NCBI GenBank assembly: GCA_964016885.1
Contig: OZ024740.1
Location: 266,538,001 to 266,602,000, forward strand
Origin: Eledone cirrhosa
Lineage: Eukaryota
DNA: 64,000 nt
Direction of reading: 5' to 3'
Shown: positions 41,999-56,294 of the stretch, one piece after another
Numbering within the stretch: the stretch's first letter is position 1
Layout: each line of letters opens with the position of its first letter
Notes under the pieces: model-generated
What the model was told of the DNA's origin: nothing
The model's database searches: none
What the model saw: the letters and a program-made list of their open reading frames with translations, nothing else
Made by a program: the position numbers and the translations under genes

Positions 41999-42640
41999 AG
42001 GAGAACATGATATGAAGGCTAAAAAAACACTTGTTGATAGTGCAGTTTTAAATCAACATATGAAAAGTGGTTTTAGATTGATGTGTGATATTGGGGAAAA
42101 ATATTTTATTTAGAGAGGGGGGGGGGGGGAGGATGAAATGGGAAGGAGATGAGAGGGAGAGATGGGTGATAGAGAGAAAGAGATAGTTTTTATAACTGAG
42201 AGGAGATATATTTTTTACATAGAGGGGTTGAAAACCGTTGGAAGATACTGTATAAATTAAAAATTTTGAAAATTAACGAAGGAGGATATGTGCGAGGAAA
42301 AAATATTTTATTTAGGGAGGGGGGGGGATGAAAAAAAGGGGAGAGGAGATGAGAGTGAAGGTGGAGAGGGAGAGATGGGTGATAGAGAGAAAGAGATAGT
42401 TTTTATAACTGAGAAAAAGATATATTGTTTTAATATAGAGAGGTTGGGAACCGTTGGAAGATAATGTATAAATTAAAGAATTTGAAAATTAACGAAGGGA
42501 AATTATGTATGAAGATAGAGAGAAAAAAAAATAAAATATTTTTCCCAATATCACACATCAATCTAAAACCACTTTTCATATGTTGATTTAAAACTGCACT
42601 ATCAACAAGTGTTTTTTTAGCCTTCATATCATGTTCTCCT

Positions 42641-42709
42641 GTTTTATCTGATGAAAACACAAATATTATTGCTTGATGATGTTTGTTTTTGAAATGCGCA
42701 TAATAAAAT
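42641..42709 (+). ncRNA. Hammerhead ribozyme with long stem II
   Basis: gttttat-CTGATGA-aaacacaaatattatt(gctt)gatgatgtttgttttt-GAAA-tgcgcat-A-ataaaat. Stem III is the palindrome ATGCGCAT. Confidence 0.85.
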
Positions 42710-42834
42710 ATATGGAACTCCTTTAACCATCTTTTGATCTTATATTATGCATACTCCAGTCCCACAAACTGTAGAGTGCTTCTTATCCGATATCTGCATT
42801 GCTTTATTGTACTACAATAAAACTCACCTCCTAC

Positions 42835-42876
<42 letters not shown>

Positions 42877-42922
42877 CATATATATATATTTATATATATA
42901 TATGTGTATATATATATATATT

Positions 42923-42978
<56 letters not shown>

Positions 42979-43442
42979 TTATATATATATATATATTAGA
43001 AAGTAAGGTTGTTTTTTTTTTTACAAAATGAAAAATAACCGAGGTGTCCTACACGAGTGAAAGTATAAAGAAAAAGAGATGAAATCAAAAATGCAACTGG
43101 AGTCTTATAGTAATAATAATAAATTTGAAGACTAAAATCCAAAGAGGGCTCGATAAAGCTTTCACGCTTTACGGGATCTTCAGAAGATCCCGTAAAGCGT
43201 GAAAGCAGCGATTCTTTGCTTAAACTTTAATCTGTTATTTTAATAAATATTTGCTCTACGGTTCTTATATATTTGATATATATTTATCCTTATCGAGCCC
43301 TCTTTGGATTTTAGTCTTCAAATTTATTATTATTACTATAAGACTCCAGTTGCATTTTCGATTTCATCTCTTTTTCTTTATATATATATATGTGTATAAA
43401 AATATTTACTTGTTGTATCCCAACAATTTTAAATAGAACTTT

Positions 43443-43569
<127 letters not shown>

Positions 43570-43604
43570 TTGTTTTGTACTAAATATATATATATATATA
43601 TATA

Positions 43605-43895
43605 TGTTTGGTTGCCGAATGTTTTGGTTGCCGACTCTGTGCAAGACATTTCAGATCATTGACTGGGCTAAAAAGCCACATTCGACGATCGCAGCGCTGT
43701 TTATTGCTATCGTGTGTGTGTGTATATAGATATGTTTGTGTGTGTGCGTGTGTGTATATATATGTATATTATTATTTTTGTTGTTGTCGTTATGATTATT
43801 GTTGTTATTATTATTATATTGTTATTATTATGTTCTTTTTTTGTTTTTTTTTTGCTCGTGAAATGACCATACTCGATAACGAGGGGGCAGCCATC
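43605..43895 (+). mobile_element. RTE-like 3' end with zinc-finger remnant
   Basis: [19 protein letters not shown]. Tail gaccatactcgataacgagggggcagcca resembles 6015-6045. Confidence 0.6.
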
Positions 43896-43902
43896 ACACA
43901 CA

Positions 43903-43995
<93 letters not shown>

Positions 43996-44249
43996 ATGGA
44001 ATTCTATAAGAATCCAGCTTCTATAATTTTCGGCGGAAGCAGGGAGTGCGTGGCTCTGATGATCGGCAAACAGCGTGAAACATACTGTTAGCTTCTCTCC
44101 CTTCTTTCGCCGAAAAGAAATAAGTGACATAGTCATTAATTTAAAACCGATAGCGTATGGTCTTCAAAATGTTTTTAATTAAACATACGGTATATTGCCA
44201 AATATACTATACATTGCTTCATGTATACATCGCTATTTCAGAGCACCAA

Positions 44250-44315
<66 letters not shown>

Positions 44316-44350
44316 TAGGAATAACCAAAGAGTGCTTAGAAATACATTGT

Positions 44351-44409
44351 TTTATTAGCTAACAGTGTTTCATCCATACCCCATGGCAGTTATCATCAGA
44401 GCCTATAAA
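44351..44409 (-). ncRNA. Hammerhead ribozyme in an inverted pLTR upstream of a PLE fragment
   Basis: Minus strand: tttataggct-CTGATGA-taactgccatggggtatggat-GAAA-cactgt-T-agctaataaa. Stem II is irregular. Confidence 0.65.
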
Positions 44410-44544
44410 CAAGAGTAGATCACTAGTTGCATGCTCCATCGACCTGCGTCACCAGAATAAGGTTAAAGGACCAGCAGGGGGGTCCCGAGGCCAGCGCTAT
44501 ATGGAAAAAGACAGAATACATGATGCACATAATGTCATAAAATG

Positions 44545-45460
44545 TTTATCACAGCCAGATGAAACACTAACATACGTGAATGCAAATTCCAACCACCCTA
44601 AACCCGTCCTAAATGGATTATCAGACTATCACATAATGAGCATGCATTTAGGTCTAATGCAAGGTACTATAATAAAGCACTAGCAAAGTCCGGTTTTCGA
44701 GAAAAAATATACTACATACATAACAACGCCCAAACCACCAGGTCCGACAATATAATGTAATCACACCCAATATGGCTTTGCCTAATAGAAGCAGACACAA
44801 AAATAGGAACTACACGGGTACTGTAGGAGGCTCTGACCAACCCAAGGGACTCCATTTAACACACCTCATCGGTATGGCAATAATACTAACACTAGGATAA
44901 AAGCTAGAAAATTGAAGTACAATAGGTAAGACAGGGAAGCCTGTGAAGCCCTCCGGGTAAGGTTACCACCCCAGGTTCTCTCTACCACGGAAGATGGGTT
45001 GTCTATGCCCGGGGCCAACTCTTCCCCTGGTACGAAAAATAGAAAAAAATAGACGAAGATCTAATTCCTACTTTGATCCACCTTACAACTCGGAGGTATC
45101 AACCAATATACCAAAGGCATTCTTCTCAATCTTGGAAACCCCCCCCCCTCACCCCCGGTAGTAAATACCATAGTATCATTAATAAAAACACATTTAGACA
45201 TGATAGACTTAAGAATACCACATCCCTAGCTAGTTACATATCCCTCCTGAAGAATACTGATATTCAATACACGCTTGATTGGAGAATCATCACTAAATCA
45301 TCGCAGTACAGACCCCCCTAGCAAGACCTGTGAACTTTGTCTCTCTGAATCACACGCCATAATACACTCCAAACTGAACCTGCTAAATAGGAAGTCGGAG
45401 ATATTTTCTTCTTGCCCGCACATAAATCTTAACTCCTATTATTTTAGACCAATTAGCTAA
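44545..45460 (+). pseudogene. Decayed Penelope-like RT-thumb/GIY-YIG fragment
   Basis: PDETLTYVNANSNHPK; NTTSLASYISLLK...LDWRIITK; CELCLSESHAIIHSKLNLLNRKSEIFSSCPH. Same lineage as 720-2010. Confidence 0.8.
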
Positions 45461-46466
45461 CGCTGTAGGACCTGCATACCTCCATCCTGTCTGGCCTACG
45501 TAAAACCACACCGCACTGAATCCTGGTTCCTTTGTGACAATAACTGCCCTTCGGGTGTATATAGACTACTCTAATATTTCTTCTCTTCTCCCCCCTCTCT
45601 TACTTTTCTTCCTCTCTTCCTTAGTTCATCTTATTGGACCACAAGCCAAGAACCCTTAGGGTAGAACCTACTTAAGGCTTTTCACATACTTAGCACAGTT
45701 TGACCCTATATAGGCACATACCCACACTAACCATATTAATATGGTTTATAAACACACCCATTGTGCGCTAACTGATAGCACAGCATAATAGTCTGTCGAA
45801 AGCTCAGAAAACCCCGCCGCAGCTATAAAGCGGGTGAATTGGGCACCCGGGGTCCAGTTAACCTTAACCCTAAAGTGTGTGATAGATCTAACCTAGTATA
45901 GTGAACTATGGTAGCAAATCGTGTGGCTAGTTGCCGCTGAATCGATCAAGCCCCGAGGGGAAGGGGTAGTTCAAACAAAAGACTCGCCCCTAGCATCCCG
46001 TTGGATATCTAATGAATCCGTCCTTTATGACGCGAATTGCCTCCCATACTTTTCATAGGCACACTACGCCTTCCAGTGTTTATATTCGGACTACCGTTAT
46101 GTGTTACTAGCGAGAGACTAACCTTTGAAAGTTGGAATTAGTTGAATATGAATTGTGATCCAGCTTTGATGAATTATAGAACCACACTCAAGGCAAAGTG
46201 CAACACTGGATATTGAACTCCCGCCGACCCCAGGAGGGGTCACACCCGACTGTGAATGGATTGCAACCTCAGGAGTCGATAATCTAAACGAAAACCACGT
46301 GGCGGATATATAAATAACATAACTGTCATTGACAGGTTTGCCGTGAGTTCTCTCTTCTATATATTCGTATTGAAGTTTCCGTTGAAAATTTAAAAAGTCA
46401 TAGGAGTGAAGAGTGCTTATGTAAGTACCAGAGCAAAATTAATGTATAATAAACAATACAATATAA

Positions 46467-46540
46467 TTACCTCATTACCAGAGGTTTCCCGAATAAGACG
46501 AATACGAAAAACGTCCTCATTCGTTCGTCGGACAAGGCAA
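46467..46540 (-). ncRNA. Hammerhead ribozyme (U4C variant)
   Basis: Minus strand: ttgccttgt-CCGACGA-acgaatgag...cttattcgg-GAAA-cctctggt-A-atgaggtaa. Confidence 0.65.
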
Positions 46541-46670
46541 TTTAAAACATAGTGTAGATTATATATATATTCTACAGAAATTTGCACTCACTCTGTTTGT
46601 GGGAAAATTTTAATCACATCCTTGTTAAAAACTAAATACACCATATTTAGTTTTTAACAAGGATGTGATT

Positions 46671-47378
46671 AACACTATCACCACCACCGTCACCAATACT
46701 ATCGCCAGCAACATCACCACCATCAACAACACCACTTCCACCATCACCAAATACTACCACCAACACTATCACCACCACCGTCACCAATACTATCGCCAGC
46801 AACATCACCACCATCAACAACACCACTTCCACCATCACCAAATACTACCACCAACACTATCACCACCACCGTCACCAATACTATCGCCAGCAACATCACC
46901 ACCATCAACAACATCACTTCCACCATCACCAAATACTACCACCAACACTATCACCACCACCGTCACCAATACTATCGCCAGCAACATCACCACCATCAAC
47001 AACATCACTTCCACCATCACCAAATACTACCACCAACACTATCAACAATGTTACCGCCCCCAAAAAAACAACACCACCTCCTTTACCAGTACTAGTAATA
47101 GCATCAACAATCACCACCACCACCACCACCGTCACCAATACTCCCACCAACAATAAGAATAACAACAGCAATATTGACACCAACACCATCACCGTCACCA
47201 ATACCACCACTAGTAATAACAGCAACAAAAACAACAGCAGCAACATTGTGACCAACACCATCGATAACAACAACACCACTACCATCACCAACACCAACAC
47301 CACCACCATCACCAACATCTCCACCATCAACACCAACACCATCATCACCATCACCACCACCACCACCACAACAACAGC
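46671..47378. repeat. 91-bp minisatellite (~4 copies, 46671-47043) followed by (CAC/CAA)-rich low-complexity sequence
   Basis: Unit caacactatcaccaccaccgtcacc...aaatactaccac recurs every 91 bp. ORFs 46744 and 46835 are offset by 91. Confidence 0.92.
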
Positions 47379-47467
47379 ATTGGTTTACATAAATTAGGCC
47401 ACACACTTCGAGAGGGGAGGGGGAGAGAAGAAACAACCAATCACATCAACCCCAGTAATTGAATGGG

Positions 47468-47469
<2 letters not shown>

Positions 47470-47498
<29 letters not shown>

Positions 47499-48165
47499 CT
47501 TCTTCTTCTTCCACTTATTCCTAAGAAAGTCGTGGGGGCAGAGTCCTCAAAAACTTCTTCCAGCGGGTCCTGTCAGAAGCAGCTGTTTCCAAATGATCCG
47601 GCTGGATCCCTTGGCGAGACAAGCCAAGCTCATGGATGTTATCCAACCATCTTGCCTAGGGTCTACAGCCGGTTGGTTTTGCTCGTAAAATCTGTTCAGC
47701 GATTCTTTCCTGAGACATTTTCACCACATGTCCATAGTATCAGAGCTGTGATCTCTCAATTCGGAGAAGCAGCGGCTATACCTGAAGTGACTCTCTGATC
47801 TCCGAGTTCGAACTCTCTCAAGTAACGTTACTCCAAAAACCCTTCGGAGGAACCCCATTTCGGCCGCTTGTATTCGCGATCGTATTCTTTTGGTCATTAC
47901 CCAAGATTCATGACCATACGGAAGGGTTGGCAAGAATAAAAAATTGAAGATAGCGAGTTTGGCTTTTAAGCCTTCCCCCTTCATCTGATTACTGAATGCT
48001 GAAGCTGGTGCATTAGTGCACTAGATCCTGCAATTCTTGCACTTAATTCAGCCTCCTGATTCTTTCCTGATGCATTCTAACCACATGCCCATAGTATCAG
48101 AGCTGTGATCACTCAATTCGGAGAAGTAGCTGCTATACCTGGAGTGACTCTCTGATCTCCGAACT
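47470..48165 (-). mobile_element. RTE-clade (Expander/Rex3-like) LINE 3' fragments with (GAA)n tail
   Basis: KAKLAIF..LPTLPYGHESWVMTKRIRSRIQAAEMGFLRRV. A second diverged piece lies at 48045-48165. Confidence 0.85.
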
Positions 48166-48169
48166 CTTC

Positions 48170-49410
48170 CCCAAGATACTTGAATATCTCTACATGCTTC
48201 AGCGGTAGTCCATTCACATGCAGATGCACTGCGCAGGCTTCCTTGAGAAGACGAGTGAAAGTCGGAGATCACCTTCACCATGTCTGCAAATTCCAGCCGA
48301 CTGATTTTACACCCGCCGGTCATGATACCACTTCCGATCCGGCTGCGAGAGAGGGGACAGATTGCTCCAGTCGATAACAGCCCCCACGAACTGTCTTCTG
48401 CGTGCCAATTTTCTCTGCCATGCCCTCGATCTTTTCTTGCTAGCCAGTTTGACCACCCCATCGCAGACGGCAACCTTTTCTGACGACTTACAGCCAAGAT
48501 AGCTTGCAAGTCAGTCAAAGATGACCTGAGCGAGGCGCTAAATCTTGTTGAGCAAGGAGTGGGAATCATGTGCGTATGTGAGGCTGAAGCTCATGCGGCC
48601 AGACACTTTATAGAGCATGTGCCTCCTTCGTCCCACACCTCATTGCGAAGCTGGACATGAGAAACGTCTTCAACAGCGTTTGGCAGGATTACATCTTAGA
48701 GACGTGTCCCAGACGATTCCCCTCAATTTACCCTCTCACTCACCTCTCGTTCGGAAGAGCCATCATACCCATGGTCGCTGACGACAAGGTTACTTCCGCT
48801 ACGGGTGTCCAAAAAAGAGACCCACACGGTCCATTCCTCTTTGCGTTGCCAATTGACGACTTGTCCGCTCGGTTTGGTCACCCTTCAACATTTGGCGACA
48901 CTGTCTGGCTGGGCTGAGACGGTAGTTGAGGACCTTCATTTAATCATCCCAGCTCTAAAGCTCCTCGGATTCGAGGTCAACCCATTCAAGTCCGAGTTAA
49001 TAAACGTTAGGGAGAGGCCGAATTCCACAACGCCGTACTCAGCATCCATCCCGTCTTGTCTGGGGCTCAGCTAAAGCCAAAAGACGCCGCCTGCATTCTC
49101 GGCTCTCCAATTCTCACGAAAGCCATAGTACCTGGAGATCAAGCGCGCAGCCATGTCCCAAATGGCAGAGAGTCTGCGTCTAATAGACGTTAACCCGGCG
49201 CTCTTCCTCTTAAGGAATTGCTTCACCCTACCCAAAATTTTGTTCACGCTGCGCGGTGCACCTTGTCATCCCCACGCAGTTCACGTCAGTGAACTTGAAG
49301 CCACCATCCGTCGTTGTGTAACTCAACTGCAATGTCAGTTTTGGCAGCGCCCGCTTCGGATCTCGCACTACTGGTCTACCTCTCCTCTATCTCCTCCAGT
49401 CATACCCGCA
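48170..49410 (+). pseudogene. CRE-like RT fragment (decayed)
   Basis: PIADGNLF.RLTAKIACKSV, EAEAHAAR, AKLDMRNVFNSV, SATGVQK, LLGFEVNPFKSE, LFLLRNCFTLPK. Paralogue of 33190-34170. Confidence 0.82.
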
Positions 49411-50364
49411 ATGTGATCGGGGAAATCATTTTCCCTACCGACAAAACACATTCGTTTTCCCACAGATGTACACAGTGGTTACCTATCGCAATTATCTACA
49501 ACCAACACACATCAACATCATTCATTCTTCTACTACAGTGAGAACTTCAACTCACAACCACACACAAACGTACCGTTACAACTCGTTCTCTTTGCGTAGG
49601 TGGTTTTATCTTCTCACAAATCGTGCTTTTCTCAAAGTATTTCCATGACAACCTAACTAATAAGCGGAAACGTAATATAAAAATATCTTTCCTGTCTTGT
49701 ATATTTTTAGCAACATCTGTTGTATTTTTCCGCATATCTCATTTTGTCACCGGTTAACTTAACCGATCAACTTTAGTTTACGCATCCTTAGAGGATGTCG
49801 TCTTTCAACTATCTAATCTACTTAAAATTGTCGTATGAAGTATAAGCTAAATCGGGAGACACAACAGACTTAGACAATATAGGCACACTTGTCATGAACA
49901 GACATGCTCCTTTCATCTATCTTGAGAAATTTTGTTTTTGTATACATATAAAGCGAAGTTTATTTGTTGAAGAAGAAATGACAAACACGACAAATACTAA
50001 CAATTCTGCTTTAACATAAAGCTTTACTTCGCCTAAAAAAAAAGAGAAGACTATGACTACTTCAAATCATAAATACAATCGTTGATTATAGTGTTCACAA
50101 AAAATAAATATACTGTTCAAAAAGGCTTCTGTGTTGTGCAAGGAGTCTCTTTTTATAGCATCGGATGTTCCCTTAAAGAATGACAAATTTGTAGTCAAAC
50201 AGTTATGTTGCCAGCAGAGTTAGTAATAACGGTTATATGGGTAGACTCTATTGTACGGATATATACATAATGTCTTCGGGAACGAAACCGTGGAGACCAC
50301 AAATCAGAGTAGTACTCTATTCATGGGAAGGAACAGACTGTATGTAAAGGAAGGTATAAATCCG

Positions 50365-50460
50365 ACCGTGGCGTCTAACGATTTGGCTTATATGTGGCCA
50401 GACTTCTTAAGGCTTGCGAAGGCTGGCCATATACTAGCCGAAACCGCTAGGCGTCGTGGT
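50365..50460 (+). ncRNA. Degenerate hammerhead with long stem II
   Basis: accgtggcgt-CTAACGA-[ggct..tatatgtggccag...ctggccatata..agcc]-GAAA-ccgct-A-ggcgtcgtggt. Core is mutated. Confidence 0.5.
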
Positions 50461-50574
50461 CAGGTTTATACCTTCCTTTATATACACCCCACCCCCCAAC
50501 ACACACACAAACTCACTCTCTCACACACAGACTTACACACACACACGCACACACTCACATACATACACACAAAC

Positions 50575-50652
<78 letters not shown>

Positions 50653-50655
<3 letters not shown>

Positions 50656-53600
50656 GCGGCGATGAATTAGTTTAGCGAGGTTTTTTATATGAAATCGTGT
50701 GTCGAAACAAATATTGTTATACTTGGGGAGGGTCATATTTGTGTAATATTGCCAGAATTAATAACAGAACACACTCAAGTAAATAATTTATTATTGAACA
50801 AAACACAAGCCGAACGACTAAAACACACAATAACAGTTAATATGAAAAGAACAACATACACAAAAGTCAACGCACTCTACAAACAGAAACGCATTAACGG
50901 TAAGGAAATCCGAAATCTCATCACACCAAACGAGAGAGATAACTTCATGAGCGCCATCAGACGTGAAACGAAATATGCTCAAAACGAATGCAATAGGCAT
51001 TTCAAGAAGAAATTAGAATGGATGAATAAGAAAAAACTACAAGAAAGGAAAACCGAATATTCTCAAAAATACCCAGATAACATCGACAATATCCGTATGA
51101 CTGATGTAAAACTACCGGAAGAATTTACCAATGACCACACAGTAAATATCTATGGGAACACTTTAATCAGCGAACAAGAACAACAAATCCTACGGTTACC
51201 ACCAAAATTTGCCATCTACAAAAAGATTAACCCTATGGAGTGCAAAACGAAGCTGGAAAAGTGTTTCACAAAAATACGTTGGAATGCAAAGGTAAACAAC
51301 AACAACAATAATAACGGTAGTAGTAATATAAACAATAACTCTGGGTATAGAAATAACAGCCATAACCATAACAATGGCAGGAAAGTGAGAAATAGTGATA
51401 ATGGCAATAATACTAGCGATAGACGGAACAACAACAACCACAATAATAATAATAATAGAAACGTTAACCACAGACACAGCAACAGTGACCACAGTAGTAA
51501 TAACGGTAACAATACGAACAACAACAACAATAACCACAGTGGTAATAATGGAAATAGTACATGTAGCAACATCAACAAAAACAAGAAACATAATAATAGT
51601 AACAACCACAATGGTAGAAATAACAGTAACAACAACAACAATAACGGCGAAGTAAACAACAATACATCTAGCAATCATAACAATAATAATAATGCTAATG
51701 ATAGAAACAACAACAACCACCCTGATAATAACAACAACAATAACAACACACACAACTATGACGATAGATATAATGACAACCCCTTGGAGAAACTATTTTT
51801 CAACCCAGCTGACAAAACATATAAGATGGGTAATATCTATCCTACGAGGTTACCCTTTAATAAAAGAGTTTGCATACCACAGCAAATAGATGACGAGACG
51901 GAGGCACAGTTCACCATAGCTAGAAATAAGATTAGACAAGTAGTAGACAGGTATACTAAGAGACAGAGCAGACCAGAGGCCCAACAACTTGGGAGAAAAC
52001 CTGTAGAAGGCTTGGTTAGCCTCAAGCAGCGCACAAGGGATGGTGAGGTAGTGTGTCTACCCACAGATAAGTCTGGTAGGATGTCAATAGATAGCATGCC
52101 GAACTACATCGAGGCTATGCAACCCCACATCACCAACACGAGCGAAGTTGCACAACAAACACACGATGGGAGGGAAAAAATCCTCAACGCTCACATGATG
52201 ATGTGGACTGACATCCTAAAGCCAAGCAGACGCACTGCCAACAACTTCCAGGCGTCTAACAATGGCATACCACCCTTGTATGGGCTCCGCAAAGACCACA
52301 AGACAGTCAACGACCCGACAACAGGACCACCAACAAGACCCGTATGCGGAGCTAATATAGCTAGCAACTACAGGATCTCCTACTTCCTCTCAATGGTTAT
52401 ACGCCCCATAATCAAGATGTCCCCAGATGTATGTGAAAGTACAGAGGACCTCCTCAGCAGAATCAGTGAGTGCAACAAAAACAGGAGCCTATCCAACTGC
52501 ATAATAGGCAGCATGGATGTGGTGTCACTGTACCCATCCATTAACATTGATTTTGCTGTGAAAAGATGTGTGGAGATGATCATTGAGAGTGAGGTGGAGT
52601 TCTGCGACGTTGACACAGACGAACTGGGCCTCCTACTTAGACTTACCTACGACACTGACTACCTAGACAGCCATGACCTTAGATGTTTCTGCCCTGGTAG
52701 ACCTATAAGAGGTAGACCCCCCACCATAACCTCAATGGCTAAAAAGACTCCCATAGGAAGGTGGATTGGGTGGACCAAAGCTATACGGACCCCCCAAAAC
52801 ACTGATCGGGTAAGAAAAATGGTCGCACATGCAATAGGGGCTAGTATCAAAACTACCCTAAAGGGCCACATATTTAAGTTCAATGAGAAAATCTACACCC
52901 AAAATGAGGGAGCGGCCATCGGCGTCAGCATAGCTGGTGATGTTGCCAACCTTTTTATGGTATGGTGAGAAAGGAGACTTAAAGATCTCCTTAATGAAAG
53001 CTCCATAGACCTCATCATGTACTCTCGTTATGTAGACGATATCAATATAGTTATAAGAACACTCCCACTAGAGAGCACTAACAAGTTTGATTTAGAACGT
53101 AGCACGATGGAAAGCATCCAGCAGATAGCTAATTCCATACACCAGAGTATAACTGTAACTATCGACTTCCCTTCCAAACACCCTAACAATAGACTACCTG
53201 TATTAGACACAGAACTCTGGATTAACACTATAGACGAGAGAGCTCAAATTCTCCACTCACACTATGCTAAACCCATGGCCTCCAAATACCTGATACTCAA
53301 AAACTCAGCAATGTCCAGTAGTGCTAAGTTTAATATTCTGATCGCAGACTTGGTACGAGTGATGAAGAATGTGTCCAGCATGTGCGACCCAACAGAAATG
53401 GAAAGACACATCCAACACTTCATCAACCGCATGCAGTTCTCTGGCTACAACCAAAGAGACAGAGTCAGAGTATACGAAGGAGCCATGGAAAAGTATAAGA
53501 CCCTCATAGAACTGGACATGAAAGGAATTTGCCCACTATACAGGAGCAAATCATGGAATAGCTTAGATAGGGCTAGACATAAGATAGGGAAGGCCACATC

Positions 53601-54716
53601 ATGGTACGACAACCAGAGATATCAGAGTGTCATGTTTGTGGACGCCACCCCTGGAGGGAAATTAGCTAACCAGTGTAGAAAGGCCCTGAGAAAGACCCAC
53701 TTAAAAATAAAGGTGGTAGAAAAGCCAGGAACCACCATAAAATCCCTGATCAGCAAAACATACCCTTTTAAGAAAACCCACTGTACCAATAGGAAATGTA
53801 TCATATGTAAGGTGAACCCCCGGATAAACTGTAAAACTAGAAACGTAGTCTATAGCATAAGATGTACAGAGGGTACTTGGAGAAACATGACAACAACATA
53901 CATAGGTGAGACAGCTCGAAGCATAGGTGAAAGGATAGACCAACACTGGGGGGAACTAAAAGGACGAAAAAACGGGTCAGTACTATACGAACATGCTAGA
54001 CAACAACATGACGGTAACATAGACAACATAGAAATTAGAATAATATCTAAACATAGGAATGACCCAGCAGATAGGCAAATCAGAGAGGCCAGTGAAATAG
54101 AAATTAGAAGACCAAAGCTAAACAGAAAGAATGAGTGGAACAACAACAACACCCAAACAAACAACACTGACCTAAGAGAAGTATAAATAAGTAAATAAAT
54201 AAAATAAAATAAAATAAAATAAGATAAATAAATACATACACAAGCACAATAACAACAAGCACATAAACACACACTAGTCACCCAGCAGACACAACACTAT
54301 ACACACTAGTCACACAGCACACACAACACTGTACACACACGCAAACGCATGCGCAAAGAAGACAAAATAAAATAAACAAACAAGCAAATAAATAAATAAA
54401 TATATAGACAGACTGAATAAAAAATGGCGTAGACATTCAACACAACAGGAGGAAAAAATATAACACCACTGACGATGTTGCAGATGTGCAACGAAAGATT
54501 TATGTAAATTATGTAAACTATATATATGTGTTTGTGTCTATATTGTATCTGTATTATTTTTGACCGTCGGTCAGTCAATGGCAACATTGAGGACCGATTA
54601 AGTTAGATCGCAGATATAAAAGACAGCGAGAAGCGAAAACCAACCAAACAGTGAGTGTGTTCTGTTATTAATTCTGGCAATATTACACAAATATGACCCT
54701 CCCCAAGTATAACAAT
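50653..54716 (+). mobile_element. Near full-length Penelope-like element (family A) with inverted 5' pLTR and 3' pLTR, inserted in (TA)n
   Basis: 50711-50777 is the reverse complement of 54652-54718. A single long ORF carries RT and C-terminal GIY-YIG. (TA)n lies on both flanks. Confidence 0.93.
50778..54186 (+). pseudogene. PLE polyprotein (RT plus GIY-YIG endonuclease) with one in-frame TGA at 52966-52968
   Basis: ORFs 50689-52968 and 53017-54186 are in the same frame. Motifs LPPKFA, PTDKSG, GSMDVVSLYPSI, YSRYVDD, LPVLD, CTNRKCIICK, NVVYSIRC...YIGETARSIGERIDQH, RQIREASEI, LNRKNEW. Confidence 0.9.
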
Positions 54717-54736
54717 ATATATATATATATATAAAT

Positions 54737-55478
<742 letters not shown>

Positions 55479-56294
55479 TATATATAAATATACAAGTAAA
55501 CGTAAAGAAACCCGTCATTGCTCCGATCAGTCTACTAACCCTCAGCAAAAGCCTAAACCGAACTTAACTCCTGCCAAACAAACCATACTCACCCTCCAAA
55601 TTCTGCAAATCAAACGCGGAACGCCTATTCTCTCTACAGAGAGAGACAGAAAGAGAAAGACGGTGAGAGAGGAAGAAAGAGAGAAATAAGAGAGAGAGGA
55701 AGAGAGATATAGAGAGAAAGAGATAGAGAGTGAGGCATAGGAAGAGAGAAAGAGGGGAGAGGGTGGGTTGATTGTTGTTTCACACTGTCGTTAGTTGTGT
55801 AAATTACTCAATACTGTCTCTACACCTGCACACATTCACCTTGATACAGAAAAGTTCTCATATGTTTTGCCAACATGGTCACATATAAGCGATGAAAAGT
55901 TGATCTCACTGCTAACCTAGGAAACATGATATTTTGCTTCATATGGGATTTCTTTCATAATCTGTCATGTCATCTACATTAGTTTGTTTTCGATTGTGAA
56001 GGTACGTGGCTTAGTGGTTCTTCGATAGAATAAGTAATTGATATAGTCACTACTTTAAAATTCATAGCGAATGGTCTTCAAAATGTTTTTAATTAAACAT
56101 ACAGTATATTATCAAATATACTACACGTACATTCATTTTTAAATGTTTATATTCATCTACTGGCTGTGTTGTTAGAACGTCGGATAAAGTTAAATGCTAG
56201 AATCTTTAGATAAAGCAATGCATTGAACTGAAAGTAAATTAACGAAATATTACTTTAAAATATAGTGCTGGTTTTTGTTCTTATATCTTTTTAT

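Noticed and set aside
46671-47043. 91-bp tandem repeat as a CRISPR array or mucin-like exon
   Set aside because: There are no unique spacers, the period is not a multiple of 3, and the sequence is low-complexity (CAC)n-derived.
52966-52968. In-frame TGA in the PLE ORF as possible selenocysteine or readthrough
   Set aside because: It aligns to Trp (TGG; MVWW) in both paralogous copies, not Cys. A G-to-A nonsense change or sequencing error is the simpler explanation.
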